From Octopus vulgaris (Eukaryota): a stretch of DNA of 64,000 bases. Below the pieces are notes generated by a model. The model saw only the letters and a program-made list of their open reading frames with translations, made no database searches and was not told where the DNA came from. A program made the position numbers and the translations under genes. Of this stretch, positions 28,167 through 40,339 are shown piece by piece. The DNA lies in assembly GCA_951406725.2 (NCBI GenBank), contig OX597814.1, forward strand, positions 157,542,001 to 157,606,000. The letters are read 5' to 3'. Every line of letters begins with the position of its first letter. Within the stretch, counting starts at the first letter, position 1.

Positions 28167-28269
28167 GTTAAAGTTATCGGTAAACGTTTTTGATTTTCAC
28201 TCTCGATAAATTCATCCCCTTTTTTTGTGTTCCCAGCACTCGGCATCTTTATTTAGGAGCCCTTAATTG

Positions 28270-28339
<70 letters not shown>

Positions 28340-28343
<4 letters not shown>

Positions 28344-29085
28344 GGTCTCTTGTATGTAAGTATATATTTATCTAAATCTTGTACGAGTCTATTCTTTTAT
28401 TCTTTTCTTCTTTCTATCCGCAATTTCACGCTTACTTCATTTAGTCCACTCTTCGTTCTTACGTTCCCTCCTCTCTCACATTTCATTGCCTTCTCTTCAT
28501 GCTCACTTTCCCTCCTCTCTTCACTTCACTGTCTCCCTGTCATTTTATCAACCCTCCTTATTTCTTCTGTCCCGCTGTCTCTACTCCTCTCTCTTCTCTC
28601 CCCGCGTGACCGGTGTTCGGCCAGGCCTGAATTTTCTTTCTTGGTTCGGCCGCTGCCCGTGTAATATCTTTATTCTTCCCTGTGCCTGTGAAATCTTGTA
28701 TCCCTGGCGTAATGCTTTACTTCCACACACGCCAGGTTCATTTAGTCCGTCCTTAGTCGAAATACACCTGTTGTTATTTCCTGTTATTTGTATTTGTGTA
28801 ACCTTCTCAGTTTTTTTCGTCCTTGTTTTCGCATACATTCGCTGTTTTCTTCCAAGGAATCTAATGTTCTTTGATTAGATTTTCCTTGGAGCTGGCAAAC
28901 TCAGAGTATAACCAGCCGAAATTGCAAAGATAATCTGGAACTCGACTGCGGAAAGAACCGTCCGAATGATCCGAATGATCCGAATGATCCGTCCTTGTTT
29001 TCTTTGTATCGTCTATCTGGATGTTTTGTTGTCCCTTTCTTGTATCACCTAACTTTCTGGATGTTTTGCGTTCTTGCCACATTTT

Positions 29086-29088
<3 letters not shown>
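28340..29088 (+). repeat. Unclassified interspersed repeat (copy 2), flanked by (TA)n
   Basis: Colinear with 42100-42875; pyrimidine-rich + strand. Confidence 0.7.
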
Positions 29089-29130
<42 letters not shown>

Positions 29131-29499
29131 TTTATGCATCTGTATATTTGTATATATATATATATAAGGCATATATCAGTGTTACAACTATTTTTGCAGC
29201 TCCATAGATCAGTATCCAATTCTGGTGAGCTTTTGCCAGAAAACAATGAAAGTCAATGTTGTTTTGTACTTGAACAAAAAGTTAACCCATGACTAACTTT
29301 GAAATTTTTATACTCGGCTGGTTAAACAATAAACAAAAAAAAGGATAAAGATCCAAAATCTTTCATCCATAACTGTTAAAAGAACTGTATTTTGCATTCT
29401 AGAGAAATCAAAAGAATATAAATCATATAAAGTCATATTAGTCAATAGTCAAGTCATGGAAAAAAATTTAAGAAAATAAAAGGCAATGGCAAGTTGGCT

Positions 29500-30800
29500 T
29501 TGTTCTTGCATGTGGCATGTAGTTCTTGCATGACCTTAATTGCTCGTTCACAAAATTGATTGCTTCTGCTGATGTTTAATTTTTAAATGGCTCTTGTTTC
29601 CAGGTATTTATCATGCATTTCAAAGCAAGCAGTCTTGTAGGATAGCAAGGTTTGCGATAGTTCTGCATAATCTTCAGTTCTATACATTTGGTCACTGAAC
29701 CAGTGGTCCACCCGGTTATATTAGATGAAGTGGCAGACCATCTGCAATCTTTCACTCACATGTGGCATGAGAAAAAATTGCAAGAAGGGTTAATATTGCT
29801 AGCGAATTCCATCTGCCATTACTGATGTTCGAAATTTTTTAAACTTGATGGCATGGGTTAAGTGGAACAGAAACTTCATAATATCTCCCCAGCTACCTTG
29901 ATCTTCAATAACATGAGTTCCATTCTGGAAGGGCCCTTGAGTTATTTGACAAAAAATATTAGATGTTGGGTGAATTGCTTGCGCCTGCTAGCTCCTCGTC
30001 TATAACAACGCGCTGAATTATGTCCAATACATGATGCTGGCAGCTCATGAATTGTGGCTTGTCATAGCTTTTGCTCAAGAACACTCTCTGCAGTCTAGCC
30101 ACTAGCCCACTCTTTCGTCCTGTATTCACACTCACTGTATCAGCAATAATCATTCGGATTGCGCCCCATAAATGAAATTCGTCCAAGATGCTTTTCAGTC
30201 CTTCTGCAATGATCTCAGCCTTGCCATCACACAGCTTCAGAGCAGCCAGCTTGATTTCACTTGTTTCAGTCTTGATAACAACTGCTTGATATTCACTTCC
30301 ATCAATGTTCACCATCGAAATGCAGGCTCCATTTTACATTGCGTAGCGTATCGAACAAATGTATTTTACATTTCACCAGCTCTCTGCATTTTCGTCTGGA
30401 GAAAGCATCTGACATATATGTATAGTTTTTAAATCAGGACAAATATATAACAGCAACAGGCGAAACTCGTTCAGTAGGTGCTGATGTTTCAAAATCTGGA
30501 TTTCTACTGGGTTTTTTTCAGCGCCATCAATGGCAAGTATCCACTGCCCGTACATGTTAAGAGAAAATTGGCCTTCTAGCTGATAGTGTTATACAGTGGT
30601 TGTATATAAGAGATCAGCGACCGGAACATCCAGTATTAAACTGTATCAGCTCGCAGCCGATTTTTGGCTAGCATAACCGGCCTCTTGCTACTTATGACAT
30701 AGTCTCCCCCACACATTTTTAGTTACTGCTTCATTTTTCTTCTTTACCTACGTCAACCATTGCAACGTTCTTACCTTGTCCTTGGTTTAAATATACTTGA
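29500..30800 (-). mobile_element. DNA transposon remnant, hAT-like DDE transposase
   Basis: IIADTVSVNTGRKSG...SCQHHVLD (catalytic D plus CxxH signature) in ORF 29959-30315. Confidence 0.65.
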
Positions 30801-31269
30801 TCATTTGTAGAGATTGCAGTACTTTGGTCATTTCCATTCCGGATAACAGGTGTTTAGTCTCTAGAATATTTTAGTATGTACACCATTGTAAAAGCTCTAC
30901 GGGTTTGCTTTTGGATAAATATTCATTTGCTCTGTTTACGATATCATAAGTACTATTTGTTTTCTAGACACATTGGCAATTCCTGTTTTACTTTAGCACT
31001 AGTTTTATCCTACTACTATTTATACACTCTTCAACCCCTACATAAAGAGATAGCCCCAACATTTTTCTCTAGCCCATTTGGTAGTTCCCTCATTTGCCTA
31101 TCGACTTCAAATGGTATGAATTGAGCTTTCTGGCCTCATCTCGAGGCTCTGTTCTTTCCTCTTCCTTTCGTTTATTTTATTTTATTTTATTATTTTTTAT
31201 ATTTGTATTCACTCTGATGAAGCTCCATGTGCTAGATCGAATGTGCTATACAGATGGCGAATATCATTT

Positions 31270-31915
31270 TCGGAATTTTCTTTGTAAACACCAGAGATAA
31301 GGAAACCATGATGGTCCACTGGTGGAGATTCGTCCTCAGCCGCCTGGATTACTGCTCACAGCTATGGTCACCCACCAGTGAGAAATTAACAGCGGACCTT
31401 GAAGCAATCCAGAGAAGATTCACAAAGAAGATCGTCTCTTTGTAACAGCTCGGCCACTGGGAAAGGTTGAAACAGCTAAGATTCTATTCCCAGGAAGTAA
31501 TATATATCTAGAAGATCCTGGAAGGAATTGTGCCAAATGTTGACTTTGAAAGCTACACCAATGCCAGAACGGGACGACACTGCATAGTGCCAAAGATCCC
31601 AGCAATGCCATCACGCTTCAGGACCAGTTACTGCAACAGCCTTGGTTTCAAGGGCCCACAGCTTTTTAATATTCTCCCAAAAAGTTTGAGGAACTTGCAC
31701 AAAGTAGATGTAGGGGCTTTTAAATCAAAGCTGGACCTCTTCCTGTCGAGAGTCCCAGATAAACCTACCTCACGCCAAGAGGTACAAATGAGGGTAGCTA
31801 TATCAAACTCCATCTTCAGCAAGTGCCACATAGTACAGGAGGTTCTTAGTAATAATAGTGTAGCAAAACGGCGGTGCATCAGCATGGCCGCAGATCCGAG
31901 CTAAAACTAGAGAGA
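31270..31915 (+). mobile_element. CR1/L2-group LINE 3' fragment
   Basis: VLSRLDYCSQLWSP, LEAIQRRFTK, GPQLFNILP; same family as 36243-36915. Confidence 0.85.
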
Positions 31916-33279
31916 AAAAAAGTGATAGTTTTGTTTTCCTTACCCCCTGTTCAATTTTTCCTTTCCTAACATATCGGAAACTTCTAAACATTAAACTCCC
32001 CAAAACCTAACCTTATTGACTTATATTTTCTAATAGTATTTATTAAAAATATCTTTGACACAGGTTCTATATATGTAATTATAACTATATAAATTGTGTT
32101 GATGTATGCATGTGTTTATGTACGAATATATATGTATACATTTCATCATATGTGTATGTATACATACACACACACTTATATACATATATGTATGCATACA
32201 TACACACACATATCTATGTTTGTAGGTACGTATGTTTTTGTGTGCCTGTGTTTTCCCCCTCCTACCACAACCACCACCATTAATGAGATCGTTACTCATG
32301 TATAGCTTTCCTGAACTGTATCTATTACCAAACCAATAGAAATAATTTATTTTTATATACAACCGACAAATAATATTTTTTCATCTAACCTATCCTTCAT
32401 TTCTTTTATAAGATAATTTGTTCCCTTGCATACTTAAGTATTATTACTTTTCTTTTTATTTAGATTTTATACTATATAATAATTCTTCTTTTTTAGATTT
32501 TATACTATATATATTTTTTCTTCTTATTTAATTTTTATACTAAATATATTATTTTTTACATTTTCTCCTATCTATATTTTCTTTTTCTTTATATTTTATA
32601 TTATATATATTTTACATATATTTTTAAAAAATTTCTATTTATCATTGATTTTATTTTTCTCATTCTTATCTTTCTTTACCCTTATAATTTTAGGTTATTT
32701 TTATTTTTTGTTCTCTATTTTTATTTTTTATTTACATTAATTTGTACTAAATGGCATCTTCACTAATATCTAATACTCACCAACTAGATACACGTAGATT
32801 ATATATAGGATCTAACTTCTTAAACTCATTAATATTCTCTATACATCCTTCAAAGAAAAATGTTAACCTTAATTCTTTAAGCTCATATGAACCCTGAAGA
32901 AATTCTATCAAATATAGTTAGATATGATACCTTTCTGAGCTTATAACCAAAATACTTATAATTGCATATCAACTAGAGGTTAAACTGAAACATATATGTA
33001 GATTTTTCACACCTCTCATTTTCCTTCTGAGGTTTACAACTTATAATTTATTTGTATTGTTATGTTTTTAAAAATTTCAACATCTTTATATCATATAACT
33101 AAATTATTCATTCCTCCATCTTTCTCCAGTTTCTTCTTTTTTTCAATGATAATGATAATTATTACTGCAAAAACCCCTAACATATGGAAGAGACTTTCTC
33201 CTTATATGATAGTGATTAACCAGTAGAATATTTTGGGTTATATAATGCTTAATGTGGATCTAACTTCCTCGAATTAACA

Positions 33280-33311
<32 letters not shown>

Positions 33312-33314
<3 letters not shown>

Positions 33315-35395
33315 CAACGAAAAATTATAAAAAAGTAGAATGAAGGTAAATTTTAAAGAAAATGGGTGTATGGAAAATTTTTAAAATATTTTTTTTAATA
33401 TATATAAGGGAGCTCTGTGGTCCTTATGGACACGGAGTTTTATAAACACCTAGTGCTTTCCATGCTAAACAACAATACTTTCTATAAGGTTATTAACAAC
33501 TATAAATAACAAAAAATAATCAAAAACCTCACCACCCCCATACCTCAACACGGCCAAGGACTCACAGAAAAAGAAAGGGATTATATCACCAATTTCAAAT
33601 GCAAGCCTAGGCTTTTTTATGGCCTTCCTAAATTCCATAAAAACAAATACCTCACCGAATCCTTCAAATTCTCCTCTGACACCCACATCAACATCAAGGC
33701 ACCGGAGGACCTAAAACTAAGGCCTATCGTGGCTGGCACCTCCTGTGAAACACACCGCTTGAGTAATTTCCTAGACATCCTTTTGAAACCTTTCCTTACT
33801 CACATCAAAAGTTACATTAGGGATGATCTGAACATGCTCAAACACCTCCCGAAAACAGTTAGCGAGGAGGCGCTTCTGGTGTCCTTTGATGTCATCAACC
33901 TCTACACTAACATCCCACATGAATATGGTATTGAGGCAATTGATTTCTGGCTAGAAAAACACACAGAGGCATCCCCTGCCCGCATTCATATGACCTTCAT
34001 TACGGAATCACCCATGTTCATTCTGACAAACAATTATTTCCTCTTCGATAACACACACTACCGTCAAAAATGTGGTATTGCAAAGGGTATCAATGCTGCA
34101 CCAGTCCTTGTGAACCTCATAATAAGCTTCTTCGAACTATCACTCTATGAGATATCACGCCAGAAATTTGGACACGTTTTCCACATCTACCTAATGGAAA
34201 ACTGGAAAAGGTATTTGGATGATTGTTTCATCATATGGAAAGAATCTTATGAAAAGCTTCTGGAATTCAAAACCATACTGAACAACATACATCCCAACAT
34301 CCAATTCAGTATGGAATTCAGCAAACAACATTTCCCTTTCCTTGATCTCCTAATTATAAAAGCACCTAAGAACCAAATCATAACAGACATCTACCACAAA
34401 CCTACAGACTCACAACAATACCTCCTCTTTAGCTCATGCCAACCAAAACACACCAAGATAAATATCCTTTTCAACTTAGCTAAAATGGTATGCACCATTG
34501 TCTCGGATCCAAAAACTGGAGAAATACGCCTTCAAGACCTCAAAAATAAAACTATATTACAACGCCAATATCCCTCCACCCTTATAGAGTATGGAATAAA
34601 ACGTGCCAAAGAACTAGACAACTGAAAACCACCCAATCTAACAACACACACAACCTCAAAATACTTCCATACATTTCCACCCACAACCCAGAAATATCGA
34701 AGCTTACACCATAATCATTCAAAACCTTACTCTACTGTCTACAGACCCAAAATTGAAAAACATTATAAATACACACAAAATCCTCAAATGTAAATGGCAA
34801 CATAAATCTTTGAAAAAGCTCTTGACAAATGCCAAACTTCACACACCACATCCACCCCCATCAGTTAAAAAATGTGCACGCCCAAACTGTGGCACCAGTC
34901 CCTTCCTACTTGAAGGCTCTGAATTTTTCTTCAAACAAGGAACAAAGTTTAAAATCAAGACCAACTTCTCCTGTTCCTCCGAGAACCTCATCTACGTTCT
35001 CACATGCGCCGGTTGCCAAAATAATTATGTTGGACAAACGAGCCTCCGTTTACGTAAAAGAGTAGCGGTCCATAAAAACAAATATCTCTCCCAGAATACC
35101 ATAAAATTCCACTAAGTAGCCACTTAGACTCGTGCGCTAAAGACAAAAATCCCAAATTTTACATATTACCCTTCTACCAATGTAAAGACGGAATCACTAC
35201 ACAAGAAAGAATTAACAAGGAGAATCTTTTTATTGATAAATTCAAAACGCATCTTAATATGCAAACTCCATGATAATCATACTTCCTTTTTCTACCTCAT
35301 TCTTCACGGATGGACTAATGCAAATATATAAGGATATCATGCAGTTATAACTTCAAGCTAAAACTCATATACTTTATTTATCATCATCATCATCA

Positions 35396-35427
<32 letters not shown>

Positions 35428-36176
35428 GTTATTATTATTGTATATGACATAAGAATATATGACATAAGAATCTGAAATGAAATTATAAATTAATTTATGT
35501 AAATTTATATAATTAGAAAACAATATAAATAAAGTGTTAAAATCTGAATGTTAAGTTAGCAAACAATTATATAAAAAAAGATAATTATATAAAAAATTAT
35601 TATATTTTATTATATTAAAGATAATTATATAAAAACAATTATATAAAAAATGATAATTTTATAATTTAAGGTCTTTTAACATCCTATCTTATAAAAAATT
35701 GATAATCCCAATTGAAGAGCATAAAAATCTACAGAGTTGTCTCCCCTTACTCACAGGAACTGGATAACTCCTACCCCATTTCCTGCTTTGACATGCATTT
35801 AACAAACATCCTAAATTAAACACCACACGGATTTAATCATATGGATCTTAATCCTCCAAGGTAATTTTTCCAAGAACTATCATTGAACTCCAGATACACA
35901 AAGACTACAATGTAACGGTGTACCTATTTTTTAATTTTTGTATATGTTTATTATTTTTTTGCAAAAAACAATGTAATTTTCTTTTTTCCCCCTCCTTAAT
36001 TATAAGAAAAAAACTTCTTCACACCTTACAATTCTTGAAAAGTCGCATTGCGACGAAAACCGTTTTGATTCAATATATATTTAAAAAAATTTTTTTTCAA
36101 ATTATCCATAAACCCATTTTCATTAAAATTTACATTCAATTTAGCATTCTGCTTTTTTATAATTTTTCGTTGCCTA
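33312..36176 (+). mobile_element. Penelope-like element (Neptune-type), RT + GIY-YIG, degenerate, with an inverted terminal segment
   Basis: FYGLPKFHK, LVSFDVINLYTNIP, WKRYLDDCF, YHKPTDSQQYL, C-x4-C linker, NLIYVLTCAGCQNNYVGQT. About 33312-33405 is the reverse complement of about 36072-36174. Confidence 0.9.
36030..36072 (+). ncRNA. Degenerate hammerhead-like motif in the Penelope 3' pseudo-LTR
   Basis: uUGAAAA-GUCGC auu GCGAC-GAAA-ACCGUU; core deviates from CUGANGA. Confidence 0.45.
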
Positions 36177-36242
36177 TCATTTCTCCACGTGCGGTCAACA
36201 CAACCCCACCATTTAATTGATATATATATATATATATATATA

Positions 36243-36915
36243 CGGCTGGCTGGATGGATTCTTAGAACCTTTAGAACAAGAGAACAAGAAACCATGATGG
36301 TCCTCTGGAAGACACTTGTCCTAAGCCACTTTGACTATTGCTCTCAGCTATGGTCACCATCCAGTGTCAAGTTGATCACAGAACTTGAGGCGATCCAACG
36401 AAGCTACACAAAGAAGATAGCCTCTGTGCAGCATACGAACTACTGGGAGAGACTCAAGAGATTAAAGCTCTATTCCCTGGAGCGTAGGCGAGAAAGATAT
36501 GCCATAATATATATCTGGAAGATCCTGGAAGGTCTTGTCCCAGACTTTGGCATCGAGAGTCACACTGCGTAGTACCAAGGACTCCAAATTTGCCATCAAG
36601 GTGTAGGACAAGATATTGTGATAGCCTGGGCTTCAGAGGCCCACGGCTCTTCAATGTCCTCCCGAAGAACCTGAGGGACCTGCATGGTGTAGATGCGGAT
36701 GTCTTTAAAGTAGGACTGGATCTCTTCCTGTCAGGTGTCCCGGATGAACCAACTTCACGGCAGGAGGTGCAGATGAGGGCAGCTGCATCGAACTCTCTCA
36801 TGCATCAGATGGCGTTTGCTAAAAAGCATCCGTGAGGTAAACCCGTGTAGCAAACCAAATGGCGGTGCCCCAGCATGGCCACAGCTCATTAGCTGAAACT
36901 GGAAAAATCAAAAAT
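36243..36915 (+). mobile_element. CR1/L2-group LINE 3' fragment
   Basis: LSHFDYCSQLWSP, YWERLKRLKLYSLERRRERY; (aaaatc)n tail. Confidence 0.88.
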
Positions 36916-36938
36916 CAAAATCATATATATATATATAT

Positions 36939-37676
36939 ATATTAATAAAAGGAATTCCAACCTTGAAATCGAGAGGAAAATCAGAGAAAAGAATTTTATT
37001 GATAAATTCGAACCCAAGTTAAATAAACAATAATAATAATAATACTTAGAGGTACTACTTCTACTGCTACGACCATGACCACTAACAACAACAACAATAC
37101 TAAAGGTCATCAAGATGAAGATAGCAGGAAAATTATCTTATTTAGGGTTAAAAGATCTATTGGTACCACCATCACCACTAGCAACAACAATTAAGGTGCT
37201 GACAATTGAAATATAAAAATCCCTGATTAAGGCTATTTTCAAGATTTCTAAAGATAGCCCAACAATTGCTGCCTCGGCCAGGGTTAAGATACAGGACTCT
37301 TGACATGTTCAACAAAGCGTGACGCATAAACCAATCAGCTTAAGTAATTGAGTGATGCTACACACTGATTGGTCAGAATACAGTTTGCAAAACCTGGCAA
37401 TCTGGAGCCTATACAGGTGTATTTAAGACACAGATTTAACCATCTGGCTACAGTCAAAAATTGTGAAGCATGACTGTCACCACTTCTACATGAACTTGAA
37501 GATTGCATAATTTAATGCATGAAAGTACTATTTCAATCAGAAAGAACATTTAACATTCTATTAATTTATTTTACTTTATTATATTATATTATATTATATT
37601 ATATCATTATAATATAAGATAAAATTGTCAATAAAAGGTGAAAATCAGACAAGGTTGGAATTCCTTTTATTAATAT
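36939..37676 (+). mobile_element. Severely 5'-truncated Penelope-like element bounded by a 27-bp perfect inverted repeat
   Basis: Encodes IERKIREKNFIDKFEPKLNKQ*, homologous to the C-terminus at about 35200-35260. IR 36939-36965 / 37650-37676; hammerhead-like motif at 37491-37535. Confidence 0.7.
37491..37535 (+). ncRNA. Minimal hammerhead variant (UUGAAGA core)
   Basis: UGAAC-UUGAAGA-uUGCAU aauuua AUGCAu-GAAA-GUAC-UA-UUUCA; palindromic stem III AGUACU. Confidence 0.5.
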
Positions 37677-37702
37677 ATTCTTCTATACACAATCACGCAC
37701 AC

Positions 37703-37782
<80 letters not shown>

Positions 37783-37787
37783 ATATA

Positions 37788-38140
37788 CTCTTACCCTTTT
37801 ACTTATTTCAGTCATTTGACTGTGGCCATTCTAGAGCACCGCCTTTAGTCGAGCAAATCGACCCCAGGACTTATTCTTTGTAAGTTACGGGGACGTAAAC
37901 ACACCCTGATCGGTTGTCAAGCGATGTTGGGGGTGGGGGTGGGGGGCAAACACACCACCACCAAACATATACACATATATACATATATATATATACACAT
38001 ATATACGACGGGCTTCTTTCAGATTCCGTCTACCAAATTCACTCAGAAGTCTTTGGTCGCCAAGGTGCCACGCAGTGGGAATGAACCCGGAATCATATGG
38101 TTAGTAAGCAAGCTACTTACCACACAGCCATTCCTGCGCC
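37788..38140 (-). mobile_element. tRNA-derived SINE, same family as 10395-10873
   Basis: Sequence similarity; A-box gtggtaag. Confidence 0.85.
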
Positions 38141-38152
38141 AGAATGGTTAAT

Positions 38153-38186
<34 letters not shown>

Positions 38187-38404
38187 AATGCGTATAAATA
38201 AGTATGCTTTTATATGTTATTGTGTTTAAAGACCGAAAGATATTCCATCTGTTGCAACCGCTCTATACAGCAGGTACAAACTTGTGGGTATGTATACACG
38301 CCTACGCAGGCATACAGACGTATGCACTCGTACATGAACGCACATACACACGGCCGCACACACATAGACACACACACACACACTCTCTCCCTCTCTCACA
38401 CACA

Positions 38405-38479
<75 letters not shown>

Positions 38480-38485
<6 letters not shown>

Positions 38486-38716
38486 GAAAGAATGGAGTTG
38501 AACGACGAATTAACAAAATTCCTTTATTTTCGACATATGTTTCGACGGCTGCATATTCCTAATTTCGAAGGAATAAAGAGTGCATTATGTCGCCTTCTCA
38601 TCAGGAAAAACAGGAACTTATGACAGCATCAAGATGCACAAAAACTTTTGGATGACTGCCCACACGGAGCCCATAGCTCCGTGTGGGCAGTCGTTCAACT
38701 CCATTCTTTCATTTAT
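38480..38716 (-). mobile_element. 237-bp non-coding element with 27-bp perfect terminal inverted repeat, hammerhead and 17-bp hairpin
   Basis: IR 38480-38506 / 38690-38716; hairpin 38654-38692; abuts (TA)n. Confidence 0.7.
38527..38609 (-). ncRNA. Type I hammerhead ribozyme with palindromic stem III
   Basis: - strand reads UUUUC-CUGAUGA-GAAGGC...GCCGUC-GAAA-CAUAUG-UC-GAAAA; GUC cleavage triplet. Confidence 0.78.
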
Positions 38717-38895
38717 TTGTATTAAAGAAACACACAAATTTCCACACGATAACACGTGATCTCCGCCCAAGGCATGTAGCTTCAACCGTGTTTTTCTGAC
38801 GTGAATTTGCTACCCAGGTATCGATTAACCGAATTATCCATAATAAGATAATTCATTCAACTACTCAATTAAAACTCGCCAAGAAAAATTTGAAA

Positions 38896-38958
38896 CCACC
38901 TGATGAATGACTGCGACTCAAAAATTTGATGACAGTAGCCAGGAAACGATCGTAGTGG
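38896..38958 (+). ncRNA. Type I hammerhead ribozyme with palindromic stem III
   Basis: CCAC-CUGAUGA-[imperfect stem II]-GAAA-CGAUCG-UA-GUGG; GUA triplet. Confidence 0.68.
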
Positions 38959-39102
38959 ATATTAATTATATTTTTTAATAATTGTTACATATTTAAATAA
39001 TATAAATTAATTTATGTATTGGCTTAAGTCTTTCATTGTTTGATTTGCCTAATAGTGGTTTTGTCTCTAATTTAATATAATATATATATATATATATACA
39101 TA

Positions 39103-39169
<67 letters not shown>

Positions 39170-39440
39170 TTTATATATATTGCAGAGCGTTTAGTAGTAG
39201 TTAATTAGAGTGTCACGCCTTTCGATTTGTTTGTGGAAACATTTTCACTTCAATTATAAAAAACAGAAAGCGAGAAATACAAACGAGAAGATAATTCAAT
39301 ACGAAATAAAAGAGACAAGAAATCTATTTTGTGCGAGAAGTAATAACCATTCCCTTACTCGTAAACCGTGTGAAGTGCTAATTACTTCCCAGTGAGTCAC
39401 GATATTCGAAGAGGAAATCTTCACGTAATTACATTCTCAG

Positions 39441-39725
39441 TGCTATTAGTATGCGTGGACAGTAATGTAGCCTGCAGAGAATATTATGGAATTCATGTTC
39501 CACCACCTGTAACTGCCATTCCAGAAGCTGACAAGTTGATTAAGATGTCAAACAGCCAATCACAAACTGAGTGCTTGTCTCTTTGTGCGACATATTCCGA
39601 ATGTGGTATGATTATTTACAGCGTTTCCGAGAAAGTATGTATCCTGCGTAAAATCAAGCAACTACCTGGTGCCTCATCATTCATTGATATTCCTGCAAAC
39701 AGTATTTACATCCTGTTACAAGCCC
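39441..39725 (+). CDS. Internal exon encoding the end of a putative signal peptide plus a PAN/apple-like domain
   Basis: Acceptor acattctcag| and donor c|gtgagt; 285 bp, phase 1-1, open frame LLVCVDSNVAC...SQTECLSLCATYSECGMIIYSVSEKVCIL (C-x3-C-x5-C...C). Confidence 0.78.
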
Positions 39726-40339
39726 GTGAGTAATCCAGATCTTACTACTGTGTGTGTTGTGCGTAATACTAATTTTCTTTCAACCCTTGATAAACACACT
39801 TGTAGGAAAAGCGTCTTACATGTGTGTCTTTTTCTTATTGAAGATGTTATCGGACTGCTGCCATTTCTTATCGGTCAAGCAACGACGTAAAGGTTCATTT
39901 TTGGATCACATTACACATGTCCTGAAATAATTATTCTTATAATCATTTAATAGGTAGTCATGTCATCTTATCTTAAATCTGTAATGTATATCTGCCTAAC
40001 CTCGTCATTTTTCCTAAGACAGCAGGATGCTTGATTGAAAGCGATTTAGTTGTTATTTCTAAGACGTCTACCAACCACATAAGGGCTAACTTTCGGTTTG
40101 TATTGTGCGGAACACTGGTTTAAATCAATGTCTCTCCCAGTATGTCTATTTGGAAAAATGCTAGGTCTCCCCGAAATAACTTGCTTTTAAACAAAATTTA
40201 ATAAAAGGAAGAATAATCTACGGATGGAACGCAATTCATATTTATTCCTAATATCATATTATTACATAACGTTTATATGACCAACTTCTCTCTCTCTCTC
40301 TCTAAAATAATACGTGCTTCTTATTAAATTAGAGTGTCA

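Larger units (their letters stand above)
27556..28273 (-). mobile_element. Non-coding hammerhead-bearing retrozyme-like element 2 (X-Y-X, period 446 bp, plus inverted arm)
   Basis: Identical 86-bp direct repeat 27556-27641 / 28002-28087. Inverted arms 27667-27856 / 28083-28273. (TA)n on both sides. Confidence 0.8.

Noticed and set aside
31210-31280. CTGATGA...GCGAATA hammerhead-like string
   Set aside because: GAAA is mutated and stems I and III do not pair convincingly.
39392-39440. GTG-started 113-aa ORF, or a 49-nt intron before the PAN exon
   Set aside because: Eukaryotic context. The AG at 39439-39440 is a better boundary and 49 nt is implausibly short; exon 1 was not identified.
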